The notes under the pieces were generated by a model, which was not told the origin of the DNA, did not search any database, and worked only from the letters and a program-made list of their open reading frames with translations. A stretch of DNA of 63,642 nucleotides, the filler included, from Octopus bimaculoides (lineage: Eukaryota): assembly GCF_001194135.2 (NCBI RefSeq). It is 6 parts of 5 records of this genome, joined end to end, with 100 filler letters (N's around TTAATTAATTAA, not from the genome) between each part and the next. Parts side by side here need not be neighbours in the genome. Positions count along the whole stretch, not along the records: positions 62,317 to 63,642 come from NC_068988.1; 5 more parts are not named here. One strand, given 5' to 3'. Each line of letters starts with the position of its first letter. The first letter of the stretch is position 1. Shown piece by piece: positions 62,317-63,642 of this stretch. The translations under genes and the position numbers were made by a program.

Positions 62317-63480
62317 GGCACTAGGGCAGCTCCAGTCATTGCGAACCTAACAATGGATTACTTGGAAATAATAATATACCAGGAATCTTAATCCACCTTT
62401 GGAAACACCCTTTCCCAATACATAAAAGAAAATTGGAAAAGGTTCCTGGACGACTGTTTCATACTCTGGAATGAAAACACAGATGAACTCTTGAAATTCA
62501 AAAGTCTATTGAACAGTGTCAACCCAAACATACAGTTCACAATGGAGCTCCCATTCTTGGATATACTAATTAAAAAAGTAAACCTAAAAATAGAAGCGGA
62601 CATATTTTACAAAACCACAGATGCCAAACAATATCTACTATTTGATTTATGCCACCCAAGACACACCAAGACAAACATCCCTTTCAAGCTTGCAAGAAGA
62701 TATGCACAATAGTGTCAGAACAAAATGCTAGAGACAATAGAATACAAGAACTCATAAAAACACTAATTAACAGACACTACCCTGTTCAACTCATAGAGGA
62801 TGGAATCAGATGTGCATCACAATTTGACATAGAAAACTTCAGAAAAGTTCAACACAGCAACACACCTTCCCCGAAAATACTGCCGTACATATCCACATAC
62901 AACCCCAGAAACAAAGATGCCTTCACCATTATCACCCAAAACATACCAATGCTACATTTTGGACCCCAAATTAAAGGAAATTTTACACATAAACAAAATA
63001 ATTAAAAGATACAAACAACCAAAATCACTGAAAAAGATCCTCACAAAAGCAAAATTATTTTCCAAAATAACAGATGCAAAAGTCAAAAAATGTGGTCGTC
63101 CAAATTGCGCAACATGCCCAACCATTCTAGAAGGTTCAGAATTCCTCTTCAAAGAGGGAGAAAAATTCAAAGTTAAATCTGACTTAACTTGTGCCTCAGA
63201 AAACCTTATTTATATAAGATGCTCGGGCTGCCACGAAAACTACATAGGACCCGCAGGATTATCGCTCAGACGCAGATGCACTCTGCATCGACAGCAGATT
63301 CCATGCCCAGAATACCGAATGATACCTCTTAGTGAGCATATTGAGAAATGCGCACAACAAATGCTATTACAATTTATAATCTTTCCTTTTCTATCAATGT
63401 GCCATTAGAACACCAACACAAATTAGATTAAATAAGGAAACCGTTTTCATTCAAAAATACAAATCCAAACTTAACCATTG
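62317..63480 (+). mobile_element. Neptune-like Penelope element: RT C-terminal half plus GIY-YIG endonuclease, frameshifted
   Basis: GTRAAPVIANL..WKRFLDDCF..IQFTME.LPFLDI..YKTTD..CHPRH..CGRPNCATC..TCASENLIY..CSGCHENYIG..RRRCTLH. Confidence 0.93.
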
Positions 63481-63642
63481 CTAACACATTTAAATAAGGA
63501 AATTCATCACCCCACTGAGAGGGAAAAAATATAGAAAACCATGGTAAATTAATCAAATTCTACCACCTCCTAGATTTCGATTATCTCTATTATACCGGAA
63601 GAAATCCCTAATTACCTCCCCCTATCTAGAAATCTTCTTTTC

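Overview
AT-rich, microsatellite-dense eukaryotic draft-genome DNA with many N gaps. The SINE and repeat families resemble those I recall from octopus genomes; this is an inference and was not checked against a database. No host protein-coding gene can be supported; two weak candidate exons are noted. Most listed ORFs are artefacts of simple repeats or N runs. The window is a mosaic of decayed mobile elements: at least four tRNA-derived SINE families, Penelope-like elements (PLEs) of several subtypes, RTE, CR1-type and HERO-type LINE fragments, mariner fragments, MITEs, Helitrons and a Helentron-type element. About 15 hammerhead-ribozyme-like (HHR) motifs of the minimal, palindromic-stem-III type are visible, several in the inverted terminal-repeat arrangement typical of PLE insertions. 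The best novelty candidate is 41795-42202: a non-coding element with a tRNA-like Pol III head, a complete minimal hammerhead in its tail and a PLE-style inverted copy of that tail, i.e. a possible Penelope-mobilised SINE or Pol III retrozyme. Five 100-bp gaps carry an artificial six-frame-stop linker, so adjacency across them is uncertain.
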